DNA of 64,000 nucleotides, taken from assembly GCA_947259885.1 (NCBI GenBank), contig CAMYNW010000018.1, positions 77,061 to 141,060 on the forward strand, written 5' to 3'. Shown here piece after piece: positions 29,385 through 39,328 of this stretch. The position numbers and the translations under genes are program-made. The first letter of the stretch is position 1, and each line of letters opens with the position of its first letter. The notes beneath the pieces were generated by a model. The model saw only the letters and a list, made by a program, of their open reading frames with translations. It did no database searches and was not told the origin of the DNA. The stretch is from an uncultured Gammaproteobacteria bacterium. Its GTDB lineage: Bacteria; Pseudomonadota; Gammaproteobacteria; Arenicellales; Poriferihabitantaceae.

Positions 29385-31244
29385 TCAGTAAAGTAGGTTT
29401 AGCATCATTATTTCCACAACCAGGAACATGATTGTCATAATTCCACCTGCTTTCATAAAATCAGCTACGCGATAACCGCCAGGACCCATGATCAATGCAT
29501 TTACCTGATGAGTCGGAATCAGAAATGAGTTAGAGGTGGACAACGCTACGGTAAGAGCAAAAACTGCCGGATTTGCATCAACACCAATTGCTATATTTAT
29601 CGCTAAAGGTACCAGCAAAACGGTTGCACCAACATTCGACATTACCAGAGTAAATCCTGTGGCCATTACCGCGATCACTGACTGAAGCACCCATACCGGG
29701 ACACCGTCCAACAAGACAAGCACTTGCTGAGCCACCCAGGCCGCAGTGCCTGATTGATCTACTGCAATGCCTAAGGGAATCAGGCTGGCCAGCAAAAACA
29801 CACTCTGCCAACCGATTGCACGATAGGCTTCCTCTATCTTGATAACGCCTGAAAGAATCATGCCAACCGCTCCGGTCATCAGGGCAATTGACAGTCTCAT
29901 GTCAGTAAAAAGCACCAGGAAAAGAGTCAAAACGAAAAAACCAATCGCAAATTTCATCTTTTCCGGACGTTCGTCCTCACGCGGAAAGTCGGTGACCACT
30001 ACATAATCATTGCGATTGTCTGCAATGCCTGCAAGCTCATTCCAGCGCACGTGCAACACAAGAGTGTCGCCGGACTGAAGAACCAGGTCCACCAGATCGA
30101 CGTCTATCACGTCGTCAGCCCGGAAAACTGAAAGAACCGTTGCGCCGTGCCGCTTTCGCAGTTCAATATCCCGTATCGATTTACCGATCACCCCAGAATC
30201 TGGAGGGATGACTATCTCCGCAATCCCTGCACTACTGGCGCTGAGCACTTCAGCGAACACATCCATTTCATTTTTAACTCGTAGCGCATACTCATCAGCA
30301 AACAGCGTTACCGCATCACGCTTACCCATGATCGCAATTTCACTGCCAACCCAAAATTCAGTGTCACCTCGCGGTGCGACCACCATTTCATCGCCGTTTC
30401 TCACAGCCACGATCCATCCTGCACGCCCCGCCGCATCAACGTCTGACAATAACTTACCGATTAAGGGACTATCGCGAGTCACCCTGCATTCATAGACTTC
30501 CCCTTCGATGCCATACACCTCCTTAAAGTACCTCAGCATACTGCCCGATTCACCAGGCTTATCCTTCACTACTGGAAGCACGAATCGCCCGGCAAACACA
30601 AAATAGGTAATGCCACTGAATAACAATACTAAGCCGATGGGAGTAACGGCAAATAGACCGAATGGTTCCATTGCGGATGTGCCGGCAGGGAGTGCCCGAT
30701 TCGAATTGATAATCAGGTCATTCAGCAAAATCAATGGGCTGGAACCGATCATGGTGATGGTGCCACCAAGTATCGCGCAAAAACCCATGGGCATGAGCAG
30801 TCGGGAAATAGCCAGATTGCCGCGACGAGCGATCCGGTTGACCACAGGGAGAAATAACGCTGCGGCTCCAATATTCTGCATAAAGCTCGAAATCACGCCG
30901 ACCACACCTGAGACGATCATTATAATCCGGCCTTCGGTGCGTCCACCAAATTTAAGGATCTTACCTGCCAGTTGCCCCATCATCCCGGTACGATCCAATC
31001 CGGCGCCGATTACCATAACCGCAATAATCGACATCACTGCATTGCTGGAATAGCCGTCAAACAAATGCTCTGCGGGAACTAATCCATCGTAACCGGGAAT
31101 AAGGGAACTCAACCCAATCACCACCATGATCAAAATCGCAGCAACATCCACCCTCACCACCTCAAAAGCAAACAGGTAGACCGCAAACACTAAGATACCC
31201 ATAACTGCGATCATTTCGCTAGTCAGTTGCAGTGTCTCCGTCAA
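29385..31244 (-). CDS. SLC13/DASS family permease with two central TrkA-C (RCK_C) domains
   Basis: 619 aa. Hydrophobic N- and C-terminal halves flank two soluble repeats (EVYECRVTRDSPLIGKLLSDV...; IAEIVIPPDSGVIGKSIRDIELR...), as is typical of this architecture. Confidence 0.85.
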   Translation of the reverse strand: MTETLQLTSEMIAVMGILVFAVYLFAFEVVRVDVAAILIMVVIGLSSLIPGYDGLVPAEHLFDGYSSNAVMSIIAVMVIGAGLDRTGMMGQLAGKILKFGGRTEGRIIMIVSGVVGVISSFMQNIGAAALFLPVVNRIARRGNLAISRLLMPMGFCAILGGTITMIGSSPLILLNDLIINSNRALPAGTSAMEPFGLFAVTPIGLVLLFSGITYFVFAGRFVLPVVKDKPGESGSMLRYFKEVYGIEGEVYECRVTRDSPLIGKLLSDVDAAGRAGWIVAVRNGDEMVVAPRGDTEFWVGSEIAIMGKRDAVTLFADEYALRVKNEMDVFAEVLSASSAGIAEIVIPPDSGVIGKSIRDIELRKRHGATVLSVFRADDVIDVDLVDLVLQSGDTLVLHVRWNELAGIADNRNDYVVVTDFPREDERPEKMKFAIGFFVLTLFLVLFTDMRLSIALMTGAVGMILSGVIKIEEAYRAIGWQSVFLLASLIPLGIAVDQSGTAAWVAQQVLVLLDGVPVWVLQSVIAVMATGFTLVMSNVGATVLLVPLAINIAIGVDANPAVFALTVALSTSNSFLIPTHQVNALIMGPGGYRVADFMKAGGIMTIMFLVVEIMMLNLLY

Positions 31245-31619
31245 AAAATGCCTCCGAACTCAGGGCGCGGACCTTTCATCGGGTCCTGTATATTATTGCT
31301 CTCACTGCCCGTCATGTCAGCGCCTTCCATGTGCCTCGGACAATGCCACCAGAGACCGACTCGCGGGCTCAAACATTAGCCCTAGTAGCAGCATATAATC
31401 AGGGTCTCTTTTGTAAAGAGTCTAACATTTTCACCAACCTGGGTGGTTAAAATCCGGGCACTAAAGCAACCGGAAACCACAAATTTTTTCCCGGCATAGA
31501 ATCCCATTTGAACGCATTGACGCTACTGCCAGGTTTATTCCATCTATTTGTTGGGTTATGATAAACACTGAAGCAGTGAGCTTTTATGACCGCTTCTTAA
31601 TCCCAGTAATACATACACC

Positions 31620-31880
31620 ATGGAATCAATTATGTCTGTTGCTAAAGTTACCGAAATTATCTCCTCTTCCAAAAAAAGCTTTGATGATGCTATAGAAAAT
31701 GGCGTAAAACGAGCCAGTTCAACTTTAAAAGGAGTTACCTCTGCCTGGATTAAAGATCAAAGTGTCACCGTTAAGAACGGAAAAATCGAAGAATATAGAG
31801 TCAACATGGCCGTTACCTTTGTACTCGACATCAAAGGGTCTGCTGCCCGGAAAAACAAGCGAGCAAACAAGAAGAAGTAA
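31620..31880 (+). CDS. Dodecin family protein with lysine-rich C-terminal tail
   Basis: MSVAKVTEIISSSKKSFDDAIENGVKRASSTLKGVTSAWIKDQSVTVKNGKIEEYRVNMAVTFVLD matches the dodecin fold pattern. It ends with an extra tail IKGSAARKNKRANKKK. The start may be 31620 or 31632. Confidence 0.7.
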   Translation: MESIMSVAKVTEIISSSKKSFDDAIENGVKRASSTLKGVTSAWIKDQSVTVKNGKIEEYRVNMAVTFVLDIKGSAARKNKRANKKK

Positions 31881-32003
31881 TTTGTTCAGCGGATCGTAAC
31901 CTTGAATGCCCATTAAAGTCTCATTGGCATTAGGTCCCAGCATCTCCGAGCATTGCGGCACGCACTCGCTCGCCAACATAGAAGCCCCTCAATTCGAGTG
32001 ACT

Positions 32004-33254
32004 TTAGTGGTGTTTATTTGCTAGCTCTTTTTCGCGACCGGGGAAGGTCAATTCGGTGATGATGTGGTAAAGGAATATCATGATGAATCCATAAGTTGTG
32101 CCAACCCTTACATTCATCAAGGGCGCTTCGGTAATTCCACAAATAATCATTGATATTGCTATCCCTGTTCCCGCTAACGCCAGCTGATTTACGGTCTCGG
32201 AATCGATAAACCGAATGTGCCGGAGAAAGAATCGCATCGGGACCAGATAAAGCAATAGCACTGCAAGAGCGCCTAGCAACCCCCTTTTCGAGAGTGCGTT
32301 GAGAATCTCATTGTGTGCCGAACTGCGGCCGTCATTTCCAACAGCGGCGCTATCAGGATGCCTCTTGATATAACTATCCATTATCTCGCTTCGGCGCTGG
32401 AAGCTAACCCCCCAAATAGGACTCTCGATGAATTCCTCAAGCGCAATGTGCCACAGATCCAATCTGAATCCGACTGAACTGTTGCGGTTGTTTTCCTGAT
32501 AGTAAGATTCGACCTCATAAATCGTGAGGTCTATCCTGTTTTTAACTGTAGGCACCGCGACAACCGCTATCCCTAGTGCAACTACCCCTACCACCGCAAT
32601 CAAGATTTTACGTCCCCTCGAAACTCCACCTAGCATGAACTGCATCAGCAATATTCCAATCATTGCGGGCCATGCGCCCCGAGTGCCTGTTTTCATGACC
32701 GCAAAAATCAGACAGGCAATTCCGATCATGGCAAAAACCCGCCACCAGAACCTGCCCCGGTCAAGATGGAACTGGGCCAGCGACAGGCAAATTAAGAGCA
32801 CACTGACATAACCTGAATCAAGGAACCCTACTCCCCAATTAACACGCATTTCACCAAGTTGATTCAGATTGAACAGCACAGCAAGTATCCCCGCAGCGCT
32901 GGCGGCACGCAGCAGTAACAGTGGATCGAGCCTGATTCTGGAAAGCCCCAACAGAACCAATGCTGCGACAAAATATCGCGCCCCTGCTGCCAGCGCCTCC
33001 CCAGTCCCGCTGCCAATGAACAAGGGGATTGATGTCATCAACGGTGCCAGTAACATTAATATCCAAAGTCTCGACACATTGGTGCGCTCGCTAGGTCGAG
33101 TAGAAATTACCGGAAGCGTCAGTAAAAATAGTAAAAGGGCCGCTGGCTGACTGCCGCTAGGTGAAACCAGCGCAATTGCCACCAGTAATGCTGCCATCCA
33201 CGGCACCAGTTTCTGTAGCAGAAGCTGATAAGAACTGAAAATAGGACCCATCAA
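32004..33254 (-). CDS. O-antigen ligase (Wzy_C/WaaL-like) family membrane protein
   Basis: 416 aa, about 10-12 TM segments. One larger loop carries SAHNEILNALSKRGLLG, typical of O-antigen ligase-like proteins. Confidence 0.7.
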   Translation of the reverse strand: MMGPIFSSYQLLLQKLVPWMAALLVAIALVSPSGSQPAALLLFLLTLPVISTRPSERTNVSRLWILMLLAPLMTSIPLFIGSGTGEALAAGARYFVAALVLLGLSRIRLDPLLLLRAASAAGILAVLFNLNQLGEMRVNWGVGFLDSGYVSVLLICLSLAQFHLDRGRFWWRVFAMIGIACLIFAVMKTGTRGAWPAMIGILLMQFMLGGVSRGRKILIAVVGVVALGIAVVAVPTVKNRIDLTIYEVESYYQENNRNSSVGFRLDLWHIALEEFIESPIWGVSFQRRSEIMDSYIKRHPDSAAVGNDGRSSAHNEILNALSKRGLLGALAVLLLYLVPMRFFLRHIRFIDSETVNQLALAGTGIAISMIICGITEAPLMNVRVGTTYGFIMIFLYHIITELTFPGREKELANKHH

Positions 33255-33550
33255 AAGAAATGTATTTAAATTATTGTTTTAGTTGAAAATTAAATATGGG
33301 GATTCGTGTTAAATCAGGTTTGTGAGCCAGACGTATGCTTGAAATCTGGATCAGAGAAAACACCAGCCCATCTGCCTTAATTTCAGCATAGTCTGGATAA
33401 GATTACCGCTGGGGAATCCCTCAATTTGGGTCTAAGTTAGCGCCATCAAACCCGACGGAGCTTATATTATTCGGCCTTTAGGCGCTATTGATAAACTCCG
33501 GTACTTGAACCATTATAACGATCTTTAGCATCTGCAGTGCAAAGGTATAA

Positions 33551-34402
33551 ATGCGTTACACTCAGAACCGAATCTCGAGTGTAAATCACGACGTGGAAGT
33601 AAAAACCTCCCTGATCATCACAACCTATAACTGGCCCCAAGCGCTGTCAGCGGTTTTGGATACCGTCGCAAAGCAAATCGAGTTGCCTTTTGAAGTAGTG
33701 ATCGCGGACGACGGATCGAAAAATCCGACGAAAAAAATAATTGAGCACTATCAGAAAGAATTCCCTGTTCCGCTGATACACGCGTGGCACCCGGATCAGG
33801 GCTACCAGGCAGCCCGCATTCGCAACAAAGCGGTGATGCAAGCCAGTGGCGATTATCTGGTGTTCCTGGATGGCGATTGCTTGCTGCGCGCAGACTATAT
33901 CGCACAACATCAAAGACTAGCAAAAGCGAAACATTTTATCTCTGGAAACAGGGTTCTGTTGTCGCAGACATATACCGAGAAGGTGCTGTCGCAACGTATC
34001 GGCGTCACTGACATCAAGCCGTTCGACTTCCGAAGCGAAGACATCAATCGCCGTTGGTCTTTGCTACCCATTCCCATGGGATTGTTTCGACACACCAAGC
34101 CAACCAGCTGGAAAGGTGTAAAAGCCTGCAACATGTCGATGTTTACTACGGATTTCATTGAAGCAAATGGTTTTGAGGAACGATTTGAGGGATGGGGGTA
34201 TGAAGACTCAGATCTGATTGTGCGGCTGCTTAACAACGGCGTTCACCGAATCAGCGGACGCTTTGCCGTGACAGTGTTACATCTGTGGCACAAAACCTAT
34301 AAAAGCCAGGAAGAAGAGGGAAACTGGAAGCGCCTGCAGGAAACTATTGCCGCTCAGAGACGCAGGGCATCTCTCGGCGTCAATCAGTATCAGACTCATT
34401 AA
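33551..34402 (+). CDS. Glycosyltransferase family 2
   Basis: 283 aa. SLIITTYN, VVIADDGS and FLDGDCLL (DxD) motifs. C-terminal GWGYEDSDLIVRL resembles the galactosyltransferase-like C-terminal region. Confidence 0.8.
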   Translation: MRYTQNRISSVNHDVEVKTSLIITTYNWPQALSAVLDTVAKQIELPFEVVIADDGSKNPTKKIIEHYQKEFPVPLIHAWHPDQGYQAARIRNKAVMQASGDYLVFLDGDCLLRADYIAQHQRLAKAKHFISGNRVLLSQTYTEKVLSQRIGVTDIKPFDFRSEDINRRWSLLPIPMGLFRHTKPTSWKGVKACNMSMFTTDFIEANGFEERFEGWGYEDSDLIVRLLNNGVHRISGRFAVTVLHLWHKTYKSQEEEGNWKRLQETIAAQRRRASLGVNQYQTH

Positions 34403-34438
34403 TTAAAAATATAAATTACTTTATATTATAGATACAAT

Positions 34439-35356
34439 TTATTGATAAATAGCGCCTTTTTCTAAACCTGGTTGTGTCTTAAAACGGCGATGAAACCAGT
34501 AGTATTGTGTTGGTGCAATCCTGATTGCCTGCTCAATCAAACGGTTCACAATAGCCGCACTCTCCACTTCATCAGCGACAGGAAATTCATCTGGTCCGGA
34601 CATGAACTGCACGACATATCCTGAGTCATCTGGTTTGCGATAAGTTCCGCACATTACAATTGGTGCCCCAGTAAGCTTTGCGAGCTTAGCAGTTGCAGTC
34701 AACGTTGCCGCCATCTGGCCAAAAAATGGGGCAAATACCGAATGATCGATACCCATATCTTGATCTGGCGCATACCAGACAATATTGCCTTCCATAATTC
34801 GCTTCGCCGCTCCACGAATCGAGGTATGGGGAATCCCCTGCACCATGTGCCTGCGGCCCCGCCTCATACACCAATTCAACAATTGATTTGTTTGCTCTCG
34901 ATAGATCGCATAGTGACTGACATACTTAGAAGCGAGCATCGAACTCAAGTCTAAAGTAGAAAAATGCGCGCCGATTACTAAGACACCCTTACCTTTGTTC
35001 AACGCTTGGTCAATAACCTCCTGGCCCACTATGTCTGTCATTGGAAAGATTTTTTCAGTGTCGTCCCACCAAGCCATTGCTGTTTCAATCAGGCCTGCGC
35101 CAAAATTTCGGAATGTTTCCTGCACCATAATCTCGCGTTCGGAAACCGATATATCCGGAAAACACAGTTCCAGATTGGTTCGCGTGATCTTGATCCTGGA
35201 ATTTGGAATGCGATACGCGAGAATGCCGAGGCTCTTGCCTGCCGCCAGCTTGGCCCTGTAAGGGAGCTGGTTGATACACCAGAGCAGGATCAGGAAAATG
35301 GATGTACCAAGTGCAAGAAAAACCTGCCCTGGAGAAACTTTTTTATTTATCGTCAA
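34439..35356 (-). CDS. Lipid A biosynthesis late acyltransferase (LpxL/LpxM/HtrB family)
   Basis: 305 aa. N-terminal TM anchor and an HX4D-type motif (GAHFSTLD). Overall similar to HtrB-family proteins, and the gene is adjacent to msbA. Confidence 0.8.
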   Translation of the reverse strand: MTINKKVSPGQVFLALGTSIFLILLWCINQLPYRAKLAAGKSLGILAYRIPNSRIKITRTNLELCFPDISVSEREIMVQETFRNFGAGLIETAMAWWDDTEKIFPMTDIVGQEVIDQALNKGKGVLVIGAHFSTLDLSSMLASKYVSHYAIYREQTNQLLNWCMRRGRRHMVQGIPHTSIRGAAKRIMEGNIVWYAPDQDMGIDHSVFAPFFGQMAATLTATAKLAKLTGAPIVMCGTYRKPDDSGYVVQFMSGPDEFPVADEVESAAIVNRLIEQAIRIAPTQYYWFHRRFKTQPGLEKGAIYQ

Positions 35357-35502
35357 CTTGTTGTAATCTTGTTGTCTCGGCCTGTCGAAATATCAGAGGT
35401 TCGGCAACTTTCTTTTCAGATCAGCCATGGCATTATGGCATAACACCCGTGCAATTAATTCGAACCTGATGTCTGCTCCCGGTAATTTACTCTAGCGCGT
35501 CT

Positions 35503-37281
35503 ATGTCCGACGATCATCAATCCGATTCAGCCACACAAATATACCTGCGCCTGCTTAGGTATATGCGACCTGATTTGAATCTATTGATGCTTGGATTCCT
35601 TGGCTTCATGGTTTATGCCGCATGTGATTCAGCCTTTGCCTGGTGGATGAAGGAGTTGGTTGACAGCATTGAGGGTGGTTTATCGCATCGGCGCTGGGAG
35701 CTTGCGTTAGTGATCATCGTAATATTCCTGCTGCGTGGTTTTGGGGGTATCGGTGGGGGTTACTGCACCGAATTCGTCGCGCGCAGAGTCATCAACAAAC
35801 TTCGGTATGAAATGTTTAACCACATTCTTCGCCTGCCTTGTGAGTTCTACGAAAAATATTCGTCCGGCAGTGTCCTGGCCAAGATGATATACAACGTTGA
35901 GCAGGTGGCTTCGGCGTCCACCAATGCCCTGCGCATTATTGTACGTGGTGGTTTAACAGTGGTTGGTCTGCTGATTTTCATGTTCTACATCAACTGGCAA
36001 TTGTCAGGGCTATTTCTGATTATTACACCGATCATGGCGTTGATTATCTTCCTCGTGAGCAAGCGCTTCCGCGGACTAAGCCGGAACATACAAAATGCTA
36101 TAGGTAACGTCAGCGAGCGCGCCGGTGAAGTACTTAAAGGTTATGAGGTCGTAAAGGTTTTCGACGGATATGACCATGAAAACAGTCAGTTCAGTAAGGT
36201 GATTGAGCACGACATGCGTCAAAGACTCAAGCTGGTTCTGATGAATGATTTCAGCACTACTCTGGTCCAGCTGGTGGTGGCCATAGGCCTCTCAAGCCTG
36301 ATATTGATCGCGATGCAACCCAAAATTCTGTTATCAATGTCAGCTGGTGAATTTGTCTCTTTTGTCACGGCCGCTGGATTTATCACGCGCCCTATTCTTC
36401 AATTGACCCAAGTCAATGCCATTATCCAGCAGGGAGTCGCTGCCGCTGACAGTATTTTCCATGTGATGGATCTGCCTGTGGAACAAGACCTAGGCCATAG
36501 CAAACTGGAAAATTGCAGGGGTGACATCGATTTCAGTGAAATTTGGTTCCGTTATGGTGACGATCAGGATGCGAATACCCGAAAAACTGATCGAAAGTGG
36601 GTCATCGAAGGTGTTAATTTCACAATCCCCGCAGGCAGCACCTGTGCACTGGTGGGACGTTCAGGAAGCGGCAAAACCACTCTGGCACGACTTGTCGCCC
36701 GTTTCAATGATCCTGACAAGGGCGAGATCAGAATTGATGGCATCCCCGTTCCTGAACTGTCCATTGCAAGTCTGCGACACAATATCGCCCTGGTGAACCA
36801 GAACATTTCGCTATTCAATGCTTCCATTGCCCAGAACATCGCCTATGGTGCTATGAAGGAAGCGAGCAGAAAGAAGATCATCCAGGCAGCGGAGCATGCT
36901 CAGGTAATGGAATTCGCCAGTCATTTGCCGGACGGACTGGACACCCAAATAGGCGAAGCCGGCATCACGCTATCAGGCGGGCAACGCCAGCGAATTGCGA
37001 TCGCCCGGGCCTTTCTCAAAGATGCGCCCATTCTAATCCTGGACGAAGCGACCTCAGCTCTGGATAATAATTCCGAAAGACTGATTCAGGAAGCACTTCG
37101 CCATCTTATGGTCAATCGCACCAGTTTGATCATCGCACATCGACTCAGCACTATAGAAAATGCCGATCAGATTGTAGTGCTAGATGAGGGTAGGATCGCA
37201 GAAAGTGGCACTCACGAAGAATTACTCGCTATCGGAGGACACTACGCCCAAATGCATGAACAGGGAGATGAGGTGTCCTGA
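35503..37281 (+). CDS. msbA: Lipid A/LPS flippase ABC transporter
   Basis: 592 aa. Six-TM exporter domain plus an NBD with GRSGSGKTT, LSGGQRQRIAIARA and ILILDEATSALD. LPS gene context. Confidence 0.85.
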   Translation: MSDDHQSDSATQIYLRLLRYMRPDLNLLMLGFLGFMVYAACDSAFAWWMKELVDSIEGGLSHRRWELALVIIVIFLLRGFGGIGGGYCTEFVARRVINKLRYEMFNHILRLPCEFYEKYSSGSVLAKMIYNVEQVASASTNALRIIVRGGLTVVGLLIFMFYINWQLSGLFLIITPIMALIIFLVSKRFRGLSRNIQNAIGNVSERAGEVLKGYEVVKVFDGYDHENSQFSKVIEHDMRQRLKLVLMNDFSTTLVQLVVAIGLSSLILIAMQPKILLSMSAGEFVSFVTAAGFITRPILQLTQVNAIIQQGVAAADSIFHVMDLPVEQDLGHSKLENCRGDIDFSEIWFRYGDDQDANTRKTDRKWVIEGVNFTIPAGSTCALVGRSGSGKTTLARLVARFNDPDKGEIRIDGIPVPELSIASLRHNIALVNQNISLFNASIAQNIAYGAMKEASRKKIIQAAEHAQVMEFASHLPDGLDTQIGEAGITLSGGQRQRIAIARAFLKDAPILILDEATSALDNNSERLIQEALRHLMVNRTSLIIAHRLSTIENADQIVVLDEGRIAESGTHEELLAIGGHYAQMHEQGDEVS

Positions 37282-37291
37282 GCGGATCTGA

Positions 37292-37648
37292 TTATGGAGA
37301 CGAGGTTTCCTGCACCAAAACCCAGGGTGCCACAACCACCGCCCAGAATTCCATGTCAGCAGTAAGCCAGCGCTCAGCATCCTCCATACTCGGCTTGCGC
37401 ACGCGATTGTTCCCCAATAGTGTTGCAATCCTTTCACTATCGTCTCTTATAAAAGCCGTGGCAATTTTGACAAGGTCAAGGTCAGAATCTATCAGAATCA
37501 TCGTACCTCTGGCGAAGTGCGGCTTAATTTCAGTCCAGCTTATCCGACCCGTTTCCAGGTTTGTTTTTTGCTCAATGTCGGAAGCGGCCGTGCATAGTTC
37601 TAGACCGGAGTAGTCGTCAGAACCGGCTTTACCTTTTGCGTCTCGCAT
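37292..37648 (-). CDS. DUF2288 family protein
   Basis: 118 aa. ISWTEIKPHFARGTMILIDSDLDLVKIA...FWAVVVAPWVLVQE resembles DUF2288 as I recall it. The ATG (37646-37648) directly abuts the stop (37649-37651) of the upstream anchor-subunit gene. Confidence 0.6.
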   Translation of the reverse strand: MRDAKGKAGSDDYSGLELCTAASDIEQKTNLETGRISWTEIKPHFARGTMILIDSDLDLVKIATAFIRDDSERIATLLGNNRVRKPSMEDAERWLTADMEFWAVVVAPWVLVQETSSP

Positions 37649-38584
37649 CTAACTGACTGTCTGATAATAGAGGTTTTGCGGGTGGTTCGCCTGGGCAAAG
37701 AACAACCATCTTTCCGCCAGCAATCCGATGAACTGGACAACGAAGGCGGCCCAAAGTATTTCTTCGCGCGGAAACAATCCATACAGTATCAACATGGCGA
37801 CCGGTATCACAAAGACTATAATTATCACAGTTAATCGCAAGTTGCTGATCAGCGTATCAGAACAATGATGGAAAAACGCCCGTGTGTTAAACGACCCGCC
37901 CGTATGCCCCATGGATCGCTGTGTAATTTTACGATGTTTGATCCCGACTGCGGTTTGAATTGAAGACCGGTACTTAATTCGATTGTTACGATGAAAACTG
38001 AATAAGCGGGTGATGAGCCCGATTACGGTAAAAGCGATCGCAAGGCTTCTGAAGTCGCCCAGCCGCTCAACATCCAATATCGCTGACAAGGCTGTGGCCA
38101 AAACAAAGCCAGACGCGGTGCCTAGAACGGTATAGTTAATAATGGTCCACGGTGTTGCCCATTCCTGAAGAAACTTTACGCATGCATAGATCATTGCTGT
38201 GCAGAAAAATAGCACCAACATAACGAACACCCCGACCAGGCCAATTGTGTTCATGATTTTTCCATCCACCAGCCCAGGTATCCACTGAACCACCGCGTAA
38301 ATCAGCACCAGGATCATCGCGATTGGCAGTACAATGACTTCTCGTGACAGCCAGGAGGTGCGCCATTTAGTCACTGCGCGCCAGGCCCGCTCAGGACGGC
38401 CAAGATGGAAGAAAGAGGCCAGTAATCCAGCGGCCAGAAATGCAAATGCCAATATGGTTGCGACCAGGCCGTAGTTGGATATTCCTGATCCACTATAGGG
38501 TTGGCCGAAAACAACTGCTATGAATAATCCCTGCCCGGTTCCAATCAAGGTGGTAAGAAAAATCACAGAAAACGCTGGATTCAT
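37649..38584 (-). CDS. soeC: DmsC/NrfD-type membrane anchor subunit of the molybdoenzyme (SoeC-like)
   Basis: 311 aa, about 8 TM segments. Third gene of the three-subunit complex iron-sulfur molybdoenzyme operon. Confidence 0.6.
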   Translation of the reverse strand: MNPAFSVIFLTTLIGTGQGLFIAVVFGQPYSGSGISNYGLVATILAFAFLAAGLLASFFHLGRPERAWRAVTKWRTSWLSREVIVLPIAMILVLIYAVVQWIPGLVDGKIMNTIGLVGVFVMLVLFFCTAMIYACVKFLQEWATPWTIINYTVLGTASGFVLATALSAILDVERLGDFRSLAIAFTVIGLITRLFSFHRNNRIKYRSSIQTAVGIKHRKITQRSMGHTGGSFNTRAFFHHCSDTLISNLRLTVIIIVFVIPVAMLILYGLFPREEILWAAFVVQFIGLLAERWLFFAQANHPQNLYYQTVS

Positions 38585-38593
38585 GACTTTAAA

Positions 38594-39328
38594 CTACCAG
38601 CTAGTGACGTCATCGAGCGTCACGTCCTTGACCGGGCCGTGGGGATGTACACCCTCCTTCTTCAATGGGCTATCGGCTCTAATGAGCTCATCCTCGTGAA
38701 TCGTAATACGTTGTTTTCGTCTGGGCAGATAGTGGTTCGCTGGATTGGTGCCCCACTCCGGCATAAGCTGATAACCACCCTCTTCCCTAATCGCTACGGA
38801 AACCTCTGAATCCGGGTCTTGAATATCACCAAATAGTCTGGCACTGGTAGGACATGCCAGAACGCAGGCAGGTTTTCTCTCGGATACTGGCAGCTCCTGA
38901 TCATAGATTCGATCTACGCATAGCGTGCACTTTTTCATCACCTTCTGGCGCGTATCAATTTCCCTAGCGCCGTAGGGGCAAGCCCATGCGCAATATTCAC
39001 AACCGATGCATTTATCATAATCTACTAGAACAATGCCGTCTTCCTCCCGTTTGTAACTGGCACCAGTAGGACATACCGGAACACAGGGCGGATCTTCACA
39101 ATGCAGACAGCTTTTAGGGAAATGCACGGTTTCTACATTCGGAAACTCACCAATCTCGAAGGTCTGAACACGATTGAAGAAAGTTCCTGAAGGATCCTTA
39201 CCGTAAGGGCGTTCATCAGGCAGTGCTCCAGCACTTCCGGAGGTATTCCATTCTTTACAGCTAGTCACGCAGGCATGACATCCCACACAGACATTCAAAT
39301 CAATTACCAGGGCCAGCTGTTTACTCAT
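38594..39328 (-). CDS. soeB: Four-cluster 4Fe-4S ferredoxin subunit of the molybdoenzyme (SoeB-like)
   Basis: MSKQLALVIDLNVCVGCHAC...CLHCEDPPCVPVCP...CIGCEYCAWACP...CTLCVDR...CVLACP gives four Cys groups. The ATG at 39326-39328 overlaps the stop of the catalytic subunit (ATGA). Confidence 0.6.
   Translation of the reverse strand: MSKQLALVIDLNVCVGCHACVTSCKEWNTSGSAGALPDERPYGKDPSGTFFNRVQTFEIGEFPNVETVHFPKSCLHCEDPPCVPVCPTGASYKREEDGIVLVDYDKCIGCEYCAWACPYGAREIDTRQKVMKKCTLCVDRIYDQELPVSERKPACVLACPTSARLFGDIQDPDSEVSVAIREEGGYQLMPEWGTNPANHYLPRRKQRITIHEDELIRADSPLKKEGVHPHGPVKDVTLDDVTSW

Noticed and set aside
30610-31053. Antisense and shadow ORFs of 60-150 aa inside large genes. Examples: 188..493, 801..1097, 11283..11681, 25912..26244, 30610..31053, 40522..40965, 50790..51149.
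   Set aside because: They lie entirely within much longer ORFs that have clear family signatures on the opposite strand or in another frame. Their products are low-complexity or Arg/Ser/Pro-rich and have no start-site support.
31232-31450. 72-aa ORF upstream of the SLC13 permease.
   Set aside because: It starts inside the permease 5' end on the opposite strand. It has no SD and an unremarkable composition, so it is probably non-coding promoter DNA.
31245-31619. FMN riboswitch upstream of the flavin-binding dodecin gene.
   Set aside because: I found none of the conserved FMN-element strings (for example the AGGATAGTGAAAG / GGTGAAATTCC type) on either strand.
33255-33550. JUMPstart/ops (GGCGGTAG) element upstream of the LPS glycosyltransferase gene.
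   Set aside because: No GGCGGTAG or close variant is seen in the 296-bp intergenic region.
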